Shown here: in pieces, positions 19,520 through 29,110 of the stretch
How positions within the stretch are numbered: position 1 is the stretch's first letter
How the letters are laid out: the number at the start of each line of letters is the position of its first letter
Virus record (IMG/VR): IMGVR_UViG_3300005573_000071
Span: 35,357-99,356 of that record
Reading direction: 5' to 3' (one strand)
DNA: 64,000 bases
Source of the DNA: a virus
Notes under the pieces: generated by a model
What the model saw: the letters and a program-made list of their open reading frames with translations, nothing else
Database searches by the model: none
Told to the model about the DNA's origin: nothing
Translations under genes and position numbers: made by a program

Positions 19520-21091
19520 ATGATAGACATCAATCTATTAAAAGAGATCGAGATTGAACTTCGATCTCAAAGTACGTTATCACGGGCTACGTGGGAAAAG
19601 CTTTCCGATTTGACAGATTGGGAGCTACGAATAGTTCAAGATTTTATGTTACGCGTAGAGCTCGCGAAACAGCATAACGATCTCAACTTCGTATACCGTA
19701 GATACGACATCGAACAGCCTCGTAGACGAGATATACCACCTAAAGATCTTCTTATAGTTACGCTCAAACGAAATGAGAAGGACACCGCTCTAACAGACGC
19801 CACTAATCGTCTTGTAGTTCCTACACATCTTAAATTTGACACACTCACTATATGGGGTATGTCGGTGACTGCTGGCAGAAACTTTGCTATAGAACACGCG
19901 TTGATTCACAATTTCGATCACGTACTCTTTATAGACGACGATATTATTGCTCCTAATACTGCTTTAATACAACTCTGGGATTTGATGTACAATATAGATT
20001 TACCTCCAGAGGTTCTTAAGTGCACGAACGGTAGACCATTAGTAGTAGCTGCTAACTACTACAGAAAATGCGAACCACTAGTAAGTGCGCATGTCTACGA
20101 ACAAGTGAGTGAGACACTAGGAGTATGCACTTCTGTCTGTGCTATGGGCTTCACACTCATTAACGTTAACGAGATCGCACGTTCCGTACCTCTACCATTA
20201 TTTTGGGAGTTTGGTGCTCCCGATGGTTATTGGACAATGGGCGAAGACGCATTCTTCACGAAAAATCTGATAGAGCGCATTCATACTTATCCCATCGTAG
20301 ACCTCTCGACTGAATGTCTCCACTACGATAAGCAGTGGAAAAGAGTCTTTGGTCGTAGAGATCCCAATATTACGTATGCTACTGGAATGATACTCGACTT
20401 CGAGACTATTCGTGTACCTCCCGCATATCCGCTAATTCTTATTGGTATACCTACACGTACGTCTACATCTCCGATAGCTGTAAACTTAGCGAAGATGGAG
20501 TTGCTACGTGGATACAGAACTGACGTAGTTAGAGTTAGTAATTATCCGGTGGATGAAGCACGCAATATACTTGCCCGAAAAGCGTTAGAAATGGGAGCTG
20601 AATATCTCTTATTCATCGACGACGATATTATTCCACCTACGGAAGGTCTCAATAATCTGATTCGGCATATTGAACAAGATAAGTCGATAGGAATGGTAGT
20701 CGGAGAATATACTACGAAAGGAGCAGACCCTTGGAGTGCTCATTTGATTCTACATCCTGAGACAGGTATCGTTACAGAGGTAGATCGCGTGTATACTTCT
20801 GGTGTTGTAGAGTGTAATTGGCTTACAGGACTTGGATTTGCACTTATTCGTACAGAAGTATTCAGACAGCTTACATATCCGTGGTTCAAATGTATTACTC
20901 ATCGCGGAGACAAAGAATTGAACGAGGATGCCTGGTTCTGTGAGAAGCTGCTCCACAACGGATATAGAATTCTGATAGATATGGATGCACCTTGTCTTCA
21001 TGTAAATTGGAATACAGGACAAGTGTTTTATCCACGAAATATGAACGAAGTATCTGGTATATGGGCTACGAATATTACCTATAAAGACTGA
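19520..21091 (+). CDS. glycosyltransferase with two tandem GT2/GT-A domains
   Basis: Two copies of (G/A)RN...LFIDDDII.P...G(F/L)GF.LI...(G/N)EDA(F/W)F...C.H. Confidence 0.85.
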   Translation: MIDINLLKEIEIELRSQSTLSRATWEKLSDLTDWELRIVQDFMLRVELAKQHNDLNFVYRRYDIEQPRRRDIPPKDLLIVTLKRNEKDTALTDATNRLVVPTHLKFDTLTIWGMSVTAGRNFAIEHALIHNFDHVLFIDDDIIAPNTALIQLWDLMYNIDLPPEVLKCTNGRPLVVAANYYRKCEPLVSAHVYEQVSETLGVCTSVCAMGFTLINVNEIARSVPLPLFWEFGAPDGYWTMGEDAFFTKNLIERIHTYPIVDLSTECLHYDKQWKRVFGRRDPNITYATGMILDFETIRVPPAYPLILIGIPTRTSTSPIAVNLAKMELLRGYRTDVVRVSNYPVDEARNILARKALEMGAEYLLFIDDDIIPPTEGLNNLIRHIEQDKSIGMVVGEYTTKGADPWSAHLILHPETGIVTEVDRVYTSGVVECNWLTGLGFALIRTEVFRQLTYPWFKCITHRGDKELNEDAWFCEKLLHNGYRILIDMDAPCLHVNWNTGQVFYPRNMNEVSGIWATNITYKD

Positions 21092-21106
21092 AAAGGAGAT
21101 GATATA

Positions 21107-21553
21107 ATGTACGCTTTCTTAGTAGACGAAGGAGATATAAAAGAGGATACAATGAACACTCCAGAAAAAAACTTATTGCAGGAGACGTTAAAAGAATTAA
21201 AAAAATATCATAGAACGGAGAAGGATGTCTTGTGGGTAGGAAGCGAAAGTTTCGGATGGTTCACGTGGAAAGACTTCGAAGAGCTAGCTGATACAGAATA
21301 CAATTCGGGGCATGGAACTCAAGAAGTTGCATGTGATCTATTGATTGTTGGCAGAGACTTTTGGTTGGAGAGAAAAGACTACGACGGCGCAGAATGTTGG
21401 ACGTTTAAAACTATGCCGAGCAGACCTGAAAATTACAGGAAGCCTGTTGTTTTGACGGTAACGCAAGCTAGAAAGAAGTTCAGAAAAGATATAAGGGGTT
21501 GGGCAACTTTAACGGAATTACATGATACAGAGATATGGGAAGACATTAAATAA
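21107..21553 (+). CDS. conserved phage hypothetical protein
   Basis: DVLWVG..YNSGHGTQEVACDLLIVG.DFWLER..YDGAECW pattern, recalled from other phage genomes; true start may be 21152. Confidence 0.7.
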   Translation: MYAFLVDEGDIKEDTMNTPEKNLLQETLKELKKYHRTEKDVLWVGSESFGWFTWKDFEELADTEYNSGHGTQEVACDLLIVGRDFWLERKDYDGAECWTFKTMPSRPENYRKPVVLTVTQARKKFRKDIRGWATLTELHDTEIWEDIK

Positions 21554-21609
21554 TACTCCCTGAATTGAGGGAGAACTATAGAAAGTAATAAACTAGAGAG
21601 GATGTAAAA

Positions 21610-21948
21610 ATGAAAAAAGAGGAGGAGAAGAAGTACTTAATTGATCAAGTTTATGCGTTAATGGCAGTGATAGAAAAAGAGTTTTTACAGGAAGAAACAA
21701 ATAAGGAAGAATCGGATGAATTTGTTGATATCTTTAAGGAGATTTGTAAAAGTGGAATACCTTTTAGCTTTAGTATGACACCAAGTCGGCTGGTTACGGT
21801 ATATTTATACGATAAAGACCGGAATAAAATATGGGATGGAAGTGGACTATTGAATGATTATAATGAGTTAATACGAAAGTTTATTGAGGCCATTCTGGAG
21901 TTTTATCCCGACAGTGAGTTTGCAATGAGGTTAAACAACCAAAAGTAG
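21610..21948 (+). CDS. hypothetical protein (AT-rich insert)
   Basis: 112-aa ORF with RBS. Confidence 0.6.
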   Translation: MKKEEEKKYLIDQVYALMAVIEKEFLQEETNKEESDEFVDIFKEICKSGIPFSFSMTPSRLVTVYLYDKDRNKIWDGSGLLNDYNELIRKFIEAILEFYPDSEFAMRLNNQK

Positions 21949-22015
21949 TTTAATTGTTTGTTTGGAGGAGAGGAATAGAAAATGAAAAGATGTGCAGAAA
22001 AGGGGGTAGATTGAT

Positions 22016-22321
22016 ATGTTAGCACTATGGGCAGTTACAGCTAGATTAAATACAGATCCTCAAATCAGCGTACCAAAGGATCTAAGAAGTTGGGCGTTAT
22101 CTCAAGTAGCTATAGCAACTTCGGATTGTCCCGGAGTCTTTAAAGTAGACGAGAACGGTATCTACTTCGTTGGGATCAAAGACAACGACTTCAGAAACTG
22201 TTTCGGTTGGTTACCGTTGAGTATGTCGTATGCCGATCCTTATCAAGCGATTCCTCAAGGAGACACTAAATGGTTCATACATCTTCTGACTACAAAAGGT
22301 TTCAAGGACGTATCGAGATAG
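22016..22321 (+). CDS. hypothetical protein
   Basis: 101-aa ORF with upstream G-rich RBS. Confidence 0.6.
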   Translation: MLALWAVTARLNTDPQISVPKDLRSWALSQVAIATSDCPGVFKVDENGIYFVGIKDNDFRNCFGWLPLSMSYADPYQAIPQGDTKWFIHLLTTKGFKDVSR

Positions 22322-22850
22322 TAAGGGGGACAGATGCGCAAAAAAATTAAGGAGGTCAAAAAGACGGAAGAAATGAAAAAAGACAATAATGTTAATGTTT
22401 CTGAAGAACTTTCTAAAAAATTCCGGAATATGGGTATGGGCATACTATAACTATATAAAGGTAATTAAAGACGCGATTAAAGATATAGAAAGTAAGAATA
22501 ATTATCAAAAATAGGAGGAGGAATTTCAATGAAAGAGATGGTAGATCCTGCAGTTATTCAAGAATTAGTAGTGTACGATCCCGATGTCGTAGATATGTCT
22601 TCTAAAGAACTCTGTCAACTTGTCGAAGCGTTGTACTCCACGGGGAAGCTCAACGAGACAGAGTATGAACGATATCAGATTCTAATAAGTGGGGGACTAT
22701 GAAAATGAAAAAGAAACACAAAATAAAGTTAGGACCTGACGTAGTATTGAGTATGAGACGCGGTAGGATATTTGTAGACAAGAAGAAGCAACACGATCGT
22801 ATATGGTGTAGATGTAAAGACCGAAAAAGCTTATACGGAGTGAAGAATCT

Positions 22851-23921
22851 ATGAAACCATACACGGTTCTGTTTGTCGATACTGGTCTTCGGTTGGAACC
22901 GAAGGTCTATCAAGTTAAACCAATTGGTGGTAGTGAGCTCTCGTTGCTACTATTAGCTGAAGGATTATGCGCACTAGGACACAGAACGATTATTCTGCAA
23001 CCAGAGCAACGTTACTATTGTAATGATCAATTCATAATAGATGATCTACGTAAACTGACCGAATACATACCGACAGCAGATCTCTTAGTACTTAATCGTG
23101 CACATATTGATCTCACGTTGATTCCAACTACACTCCCAATCTTCTATTTCTCACACGATGCTTACGACCAACAGATTCTGGATTGGCTTTCGTTTCCTAA
23201 TGTCATATCTCGACTAACGAAAATAATATGTGTAAGCGAATGGCAAGCGTACACGTTCAGGTTATATAGGAATATTCCCGCTGAAAAGCTTACTGTAGTT
23301 CCGAATGCGTGCTTTAAAGCTGAATGGTGTTGGGGGCATGAGCGTTCACAGAAGAATAACATATTGACATACGCATCGATTCCGTTCAAAGGGTTGCATA
23401 TGTTGCCCGATCTATTTTTCGATATTTGTATGAATACAAAAAGAGACGACCTAGAGTTGTGGATATTTTCTAGTTACAAACTGTACGATCGAGAAGACGA
23501 TGCTAAGACACACGCCGTGTTGAGTCAACTACGAAGAATGAAAGGCGTAAAACTTTTTCCACTACTCCCACCATCTGAACTCATAAACATGTTTAAGAAG
23601 GCACACGTCTATGTTCATCCGCAAACATACCACGAAACTTTTGGGATGGTTATAGCACAAGCAATGGCTACAGGCATGATACCCGTAAGTACATCAAAAG
23701 GTGCTCTTCCAGAGCTTATCTCGCACAACGAAAATGGATTACTGACTACAGGGCCTAATATAGAAGAGTATGATACGTGGGCAGAATTTGTAGATCTTGT
23801 GGCTACTGCTCTCGAGCCTTCTTCATATAAACTTTCACTGAAAGCTCAACGAGTTGTAGAGAAGTTCGATTATGTAAGAGTGGCAAATCAGTTTCTCACA
23901 ACAATAGGAGGATATATATGA
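22851..23921 (+). CDS. glycosyltransferase, GT-B fold (GT4-like)
   Basis: IGGSE, CVSEWQ, ETFGMVIAQAMATG, GALPE. Confidence 0.9.
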   Translation: MKPYTVLFVDTGLRLEPKVYQVKPIGGSELSLLLLAEGLCALGHRTIILQPEQRYYCNDQFIIDDLRKLTEYIPTADLLVLNRAHIDLTLIPTTLPIFYFSHDAYDQQILDWLSFPNVISRLTKIICVSEWQAYTFRLYRNIPAEKLTVVPNACFKAEWCWGHERSQKNNILTYASIPFKGLHMLPDLFFDICMNTKRDDLELWIFSSYKLYDREDDAKTHAVLSQLRRMKGVKLFPLLPPSELINMFKKAHVYVHPQTYHETFGMVIAQAMATGMIPVSTSKGALPELISHNENGLLTTGPNIEEYDTWAEFVDLVATALEPSSYKLSLKAQRVVEKFDYVRVANQFLTTIGGYI

Positions 23922-25039
23922 TTAGCATCCGACGTCAGAAGATAATTTACCAATTAGAACACGAATACGCATGCGATAACACGTTCAGCGAATTCGGAGA
24001 GAGCTTCGACGTTGCGAAGAACATACTTGTAGTTGGAGCTCCTGCGTATCGTGAGAAAGGAAAGGATGTAAAAGGAAGCGTATTCGTTTACACGAATGGA
24101 ACACTAGATGAACAGATGTCAATGGTATCTACTTTCTCTGGTCTTGGTGCAGCTGTAGCGATCTCTCCAAATGGATATAGAATCGCAGCTCTAGCCCGAG
24201 AGAGGAATCGGTCTACAATCTTGATCTTTCGAAAGAAAGAGACTTGGACTCTAGAAGGTATCGTTCCTTTAGCAGGAGAGAACGTGTCTCGTTGTTCGTT
24301 GTTCTTCTCTTCAGATAGTACGCGTTTGCATGTTGTGCAGCCTGTTTACAAATACGATGAGGGGACTCGAAGTTGGATCGGTATGATACACGTATATCGA
24401 TTAGCGGGCACGAAGTGGAAAGCTGAAACTGAGATAACCGAAGAAGGAGTACCCGAGTTAGGTTGGTTCAGTTCTCGTTTAGATATGACGACACTATTAC
24501 TATCGAGTAGAGAAGGAGATAGGCTATACACGTATGATACGGATACAAAATCGCTTAAGTTGCTGCAGCAGTTAGAGAAGAAAGCGTGGCGCCATTACTT
24601 TCATGTCACCGATGATTGGTTAGCAGCGTCTTATCCTTTACAAATGAAGAGTACAACAAACGAGGTTGGCGAAGTACATCTCTACCGAAGAGAAGGGAGC
24701 AACTACATTCCGTATACTATACTTACAGATGCGAACATAGGTTTCGGATCTTGTGTGCATATACACAAAAACTATTTACTTGTCGGAGCGCCTAATTACC
24801 GCGCTCATGGCTTCCACGATTTAGGTGCTATTATTGTATATGACCTGTCACAGCCTCAAGTTACACCTCTCCAACTTGTTGTAGTTCCAAATTTAGGTAA
24901 AAGTGCGCTATTCGGTGCTTGGTTCAAACACTACAATAACACCCTCTTCGTAGCTACACCATTTGTACGTAATTGGTCTGGCTCAGTTCTCAAATTCAGA
25001 TGTATCGAGAACGTGAAGCGGACTGAGGCGCAAAAATAA
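23918..25039 (+). CDS. FG-GAP-repeat beta-propeller protein
   Basis: FGESF..LVVGAP..GSVFVY, LGAAVAI, FGSCV..LLVGAP..GAIIVY, FG..LFVATP. Confidence 0.8.
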   Translation: MISIRRQKIIYQLEHEYACDNTFSEFGESFDVAKNILVVGAPAYREKGKDVKGSVFVYTNGTLDEQMSMVSTFSGLGAAVAISPNGYRIAALARERNRSTILIFRKKETWTLEGIVPLAGENVSRCSLFFSSDSTRLHVVQPVYKYDEGTRSWIGMIHVYRLAGTKWKAETEITEEGVPELGWFSSRLDMTTLLLSSREGDRLYTYDTDTKSLKLLQQLEKKAWRHYFHVTDDWLAASYPLQMKSTTNEVGEVHLYRREGSNYIPYTILTDANIGFGSCVHIHKNYLLVGAPNYRAHGFHDLGAIIVYDLSQPQVTPLQLVVVPNLGKSALFGAWFKHYNNTLFVATPFVRNWSGSVLKFRCIENVKRTEAQK

Positions 25040-25067
25040 TGATAAGAGAATAAATAGGGGGTATATT

Positions 25068-25418
25068 ATGTTATCTGTTATGTTTGTTAAAGACAGTGTC
25101 AAAATCGATAGGGAAAGAGCAAACAAACTTGAAGAGTTCTTTGCAGATGCTTCAGGTTCTCGCGGTGTAGAAATCATAACAGACGATAACGGAAACTTAG
25201 TTAACATTGAACTCCACGAGTCTTGGGAACCTGATGATGCTATCCTATTCACAACCAAGTTGCAGACGTGCATAATTTCGGGTATTGTCGATCTGTATTT
25301 TGAGGACGAATACGGAAACAGAGATTGGATTAGAGTTTTTCCAAGAGATCTAGAGAAATCTCTTCACTTACGGCAAGAGTGGGTTTATACAGGCTCAATT
25401 TGGATGGACGAACTATAA
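25068..25418 (+). CDS. hypothetical protein, paralog 1
   Basis: High identity to the next ORF (VKIDR..A..LEEFFA, ISG.VDLYFE). Confidence 0.75.
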   Translation: MLSVMFVKDSVKIDRERANKLEEFFADASGSRGVEIITDDNGNLVNIELHESWEPDDAILFTTKLQTCIISGIVDLYFEDEYGNRDWIRVFPRDLEKSLHLRQEWVYTGSIWMDEL

Positions 25419-25440
25419 AAAATGAGAAAGGAGTTTTGCT

Positions 25441-25800
25441 ATGAATGCATATCTGAAATTTGAATTTGCTGATAACGTAAAAATAGACAGAGCAAAAGCA
25501 GACGAACTTGAAGAGTTCTTTGCTAGTAACAATACAGGCGTCTCAGGTTTTCGTGGTGTGAAAATCATAACAGACATCGACGAAAATTTGATTGATATTG
25601 AACTCGACGAGTACTGGAACGACTTTACAGACGCATATGTGTTCGCAAAGAAATTACAGGAGTGTGTAATCTCCGGTTTTGTCGATCTATATTTTGAGTA
25701 CGAAGACGGAGACAGTGAGTGGATTCGCATTCTACCAAAGGATTTAAGTGACCTCCTTCATTTCCGCAGAGAATGGACTTTTGCTGGAAGAATTTATTAA
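25441..25800 (+). CDS. hypothetical protein, paralog 2
   Basis: Tandem duplicate of 25068-25418. Confidence 0.75.
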   Translation: MNAYLKFEFADNVKIDRAKADELEEFFASNNTGVSGFRGVKIITDIDENLIDIELDEYWNDFTDAYVFAKKLQECVISGFVDLYFEYEDGDSEWIRILPKDLSDLLHFRREWTFAGRIY

Positions 25801-25850
25801 GGATATTTAGAACTATTTTGTTGACAAACTAAAAAGAAAGGAGGTGAGAT

Positions 25851-26099
25851 ATGATAAACTTTCGGGATTTTTTAGAAGAGCAATTCAAAGATGAAGAATC
25901 TAAGATGAAGTTCAATGAAGGACTTAGAAAGCTACGTATTAAGGTAGGACTAGAATATCGCCGAGAGAGGGGTGCTCGAACAGAAGAAATTAAAAGAAGA
26001 AATTTAATGAGAAAAATGAGACTAAGGGATAAGTTTTTTGAAAAAAGAATGAAGGAAAGGGAGGTTAAAAGTGGAGAAAGACAACGTTCAGAGGAATGA
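25851..26099 (+). CDS. basic hypothetical protein, N-terminus resembles XRE/antitoxin-type regulators
   Basis: MINFRDFLEEQFKDEE start; strong RBS; no intact HTH seen. Confidence 0.4.
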   Translation: MINFRDFLEEQFKDEESKMKFNEGLRKLRIKVGLEYRRERGARTEEIKRRNLMRKMRLRDKFFEKRMKEREVKSGERQRSEE

Positions 26100-26251
26100 T
26101 GTCTTGTCTATTCCGAATTCTGAAATTCAGGAGAACCTAGAGGAAATTAGTAGCTCACTTTATTTATGGGCGCACTATGTAAAAACAATTTAAGATATGG
26201 AAGATAAGAAGAGTAAGAAGAACGCGAACAAAAGATAGAAGGGAGGTACTA

Positions 26252-26585
26252 TTGGAACTTAAGTCTATTACACTTTCTCTTGGTCCGCTTTTAGGTGTTC
26301 ATAAAGAGTATGAGCCCGTAGCAAAGTCTATCGTGAAGAATATATTGAGTAAATTCGGGGTTCGACACTTCGTTTGTAGACAAACTCGTTTCTATCAGAA
26401 TCGATGGTAAGTTAGTAGTAGCAGTTTATGACCTCTCTGAGATGTTAGTTATCGACATAGAATCTATCCTTTCGGACGGCACGTTGCCTTCGCAATTGAC
26501 TACCGATAAATTCGAGTGTAAGATTCGGTTCTCTACAGCACATACATTAGAACTCACAATAAAAGAGAATGCAGCTAAATCTTAA
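26252..26585 (+). pseudogene. frameshifted hypothetical ORF (extra G in GGGG 26357-26360, or sequencing error)
   Basis: GGGAGG RBS plus TTG; removing one G gives one continuous ORF of about 110 aa ending over the cheY start. Confidence 0.55.
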
Positions 26586-26973
26586 GGTTAGAGTTCTTGT
26601 TGTTGATGATTTTCCGACGATGAGAAGGATCGTCAGAAACCTTCTTAGACAGTTAGGTTTCGAGAATGTTGACGAAGCAGAAAATGGAGAAGATGCTCTC
26701 AAGAAACTTCGAAGTGCTGAGTATGGACTTGTAGTATCAGACTGGAACATGCCAGTTATGGAAGGCATAGAACTTTTAAAAAATGTTAGAAGTGACCCAC
26801 AGCTTAAAGATATACCTTTCTTAATGGTCACAGCAGAAGCCGAAAAAGAAAAAGTAATTGAAGCAATAAAATCAGGAGTTGATAACTATATTGTTAAACC
26901 TTTCACAGGAGAAGTTTTAAAGGAAAAGCTTGAAAAAATTGCTCAGAAGAAGAGCGTACTGAGGTGTGATTGA
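26569..26973 (+). CDS. cheY: chemotaxis response regulator CheY
   Basis: VLVVDDFPTMRRIVRNLL, phosphoacceptor SDWNMP, MVTAEA, NYIVKPFT; standalone receiver domain. Confidence 0.95.
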   Translation: MQLNLKVRVLVVDDFPTMRRIVRNLLRQLGFENVDEAENGEDALKKLRSAEYGLVVSDWNMPVMEGIELLKNVRSDPQLKDIPFLMVTAEAEKEKVIEAIKSGVDNYIVKPFTGEVLKEKLEKIAQKKSVLRCD

Positions 26974-27199
26974 TATGAGACGCTTACAGCGGTATGTTGC
27001 ATTAGTTGTGGTAGAAGATAGTTCAGGAAGATCGAAGATACTTCGAGTTATCGACAGTATAGACGAAGAGGCTGTTTACGAATGCCTCGCCAATGAGTAT
27101 CAAGATTTTATGTTAGCTGCAGTAGTTCTAACTGTGGATGAGTTTCGGAGACTGCAATCCTTGAATCCTGACGAGACACTTCTCCTATCCGTCAACTAA
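26966..27199 (+). CDS. hypothetical protein
   Basis: 77-aa ORF with GAGGTG RBS. Confidence 0.55.
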   Translation: MIDMRRLQRYVALVVVEDSSGRSKILRVIDSIDEEAVYECLANEYQDFMLAAVVLTVDEFRRLQSLNPDETLLLSVN

Positions 27200-27267
27200 C
27201 AACAAACGTATAAGAAAAATAACTATGCCTTCGTTGAAGGCATATATCTTTTATATGGAGGTATAGT

Positions 27268-27609
27268 ATGAGTGGAGTAAAGAAGCAATTAGTTAAAAGT
27301 GCGTACCTTGCACTTAAAGATTGCTTAAGTGCTTGGTTACGTATTGACATAAGCAAAGAGGAAGAAGCGGAAGTCAGGGACACTTATAACTTCTTGTCGG
27401 AAGTCGTAGTTCTAATAGAAAGAGATGAAGCAGACCTGGAGAAGTTAGTGCACCAATTGTTAGCTAGCCGTAAAAACTATGCTACACAACTTCAGACGTT
27501 GAAAAAGAATGTAGAACAGAAGCAGATTCAGCATAAGATGGTAGATCAGCTTGTTAAGAGCTACGAGACGTTGCTTCAACGAATCGATATGTTAAGGATG
27601 TCACGATGA
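27268..27609 (+). CDS. coiled-coil hypothetical protein
   Basis: GGAGG RBS; coupled to the sbcC N-half. Confidence 0.65.
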   Translation: MSGVKKQLVKSAYLALKDCLSAWLRIDISKEEEAEVRDTYNFLSEVVVLIERDEADLEKLVHQLLASRKNYATQLQTLKKNVEQKQIQHKMVDQLVKSYETLLQRIDMLRMSR

Positions 27610-28730
27610 AGCTTACTTTGAGGAATTTCCAGTGTCATAAGCATGCGGAGTTAGAACTGAGTCCTCTAACGTTCTTAATAGGTCCAAGTAATACGGGTAA
27701 GAGTGCATACGTTCGTGCTATCGGATTTCTTACGGGTCAACTTTCGTTAGGCGCTAGCCGACTTGTCACTCGTGGACAGAAAACGATGTCGGTGAGCCTA
27801 CAAACAGATTCACATATATACGAGCGGATGCTCGACAAAGACGGTGTGCACTGTAAGCTTGACGATACAGTGTACCCTCGAATGGGAGTTAACGTACCAG
27901 ATGAGTTCACAAAACTCGCAACTATTCAGTTTCAGTTCGAGCCGTTCTTCTTAGTAACAGATGCACCATCTGATGTATTCAAAAAGATATCTACTGTACT
28001 GGATCTCGAGAAGTTGGATAATCTCACGAAATTGATTACATCTGACGTCAACGCTCTAAGATCCTCTTTGAAAGTAGACATTGAGTCTTATCAAGAACTT
28101 ACACAACGCTTACATATTGTTGAGAACATTCACAATCAATATAGAGTACTAGAACAGATTAAGTTCGCTACACTACTTTCGCTTACCAACGACTTTCGGA
28201 AGAGGCTGATCGATCTATATAGAACTAAACTTCAACTTCTCAAACAACTCTGGAAGACGCACGTATACTATATCTACACTAAGTTACTCTTTCTGCTGAA
28301 AGCACTCCAGCAGTTACGGTACTGGAAGACTATTGTACTAACGCAGAAGCTACGATTGTTGAATCAGCTGTATGCCCACATAAAAGTGTTGCACGTCTAC
28401 AAACTACGAATCTGGATCTATAGATGTTGTATGCTTATACATCTATTTGATCGAGTACAGAGTCTGATAAAAGCGATTATACACAGTCGAGTATTGTTAA
28501 ACTTACGGAAACTACTGTTATATTTAGTCTACATAAAACAGCGTGAGAAATATGTTGGCCTTCGACTTTCCTACGGAATTTACGGTTTATATTTACACTT
28601 GTTACGTCTAACTCAGACCGCTCAACTCGAACGGCTTGAGGATTTGATACAAATCTGTGAGAAGCTCGCAACAATACGCAATAGAAGATGTCCTACGTGT
28701 GGACAGCAATTACCTGAGGTGCAAATATGA
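27606..28730 (+). CDS. sbcC: SbcC/Rad50-like ATPase, N-terminal half
   Basis: LRNFQCH, Walker A GPSNTGKS, Q-loop QFQFEPFF, long helical arm, zinc hook CPTCGQ at the C-terminus; no Walker B. Confidence 0.85.
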   Translation: MKLTLRNFQCHKHAELELSPLTFLIGPSNTGKSAYVRAIGFLTGQLSLGASRLVTRGQKTMSVSLQTDSHIYERMLDKDGVHCKLDDTVYPRMGVNVPDEFTKLATIQFQFEPFFLVTDAPSDVFKKISTVLDLEKLDNLTKLITSDVNALRSSLKVDIESYQELTQRLHIVENIHNQYRVLEQIKFATLLSLTNDFRKRLIDLYRTKLQLLKQLWKTHVYYIYTKLLFLLKALQQLRYWKTIVLTQKLRLLNQLYAHIKVLHVYKLRIWIYRCCMLIHLFDRVQSLIKAIIHSRVLLNLRKLLLYLVYIKQREKYVGLRLSYGIYGLYLHLLRLTQTAQLERLEDLIQICEKLATIRNRRCPTCGQQLPEVQI

Positions 28731-29110
28731 ACTTTTCTCAAATTCTTAGACGTGCTATTGACGTGTTAAGACCTAAATATGTCTCACTCCAATTGGTAAC
28801 TATAGGAAAGAGTAAGGTAGTGATACTTCCACCAACCGTTTCTGAATTCAAACTACGATTGCTTGAGCTCAATATCATTTGGAATAAATTCTCTATTGTC
28901 TACGTGTGCTTACATCACGCGGAGTATGTAAAAGGTTTCGCAATACTATACATGTGTGATGACGCCTTAATTCATAAATGCTCAAGATGGAAACTCTTTA
29001 GCGCCCATCTAACAGACGTTATCGTTCCGCTCTCAGCGATGACTCTTCAGTCACTATATCCGACGTTGAAACATCAGCCATTAGGTATTCCTGTGGAGGA
29101 CTTACTATGA
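28727..29110 (+). CDS. hypothetical protein
   Basis: Translationally coupled between sbcC-N and sbcD. Confidence 0.6.
   Translation: MNFSQILRRAIDVLRPKYVSLQLVTIGKSKVVILPPTVSEFKLRLLELNIIWNKFSIVYVCLHHAEYVKGFAILYMCDDALIHKCSRWKLFSAHLTDVIVPLSAMTLQSLYPTLKHQPLGIPVEDLL

Noticed and set aside
25821-25850. Sigma70 promoter at TTGACA 25821
   Set aside because: No -10 hexamer at 16-18 bp spacing
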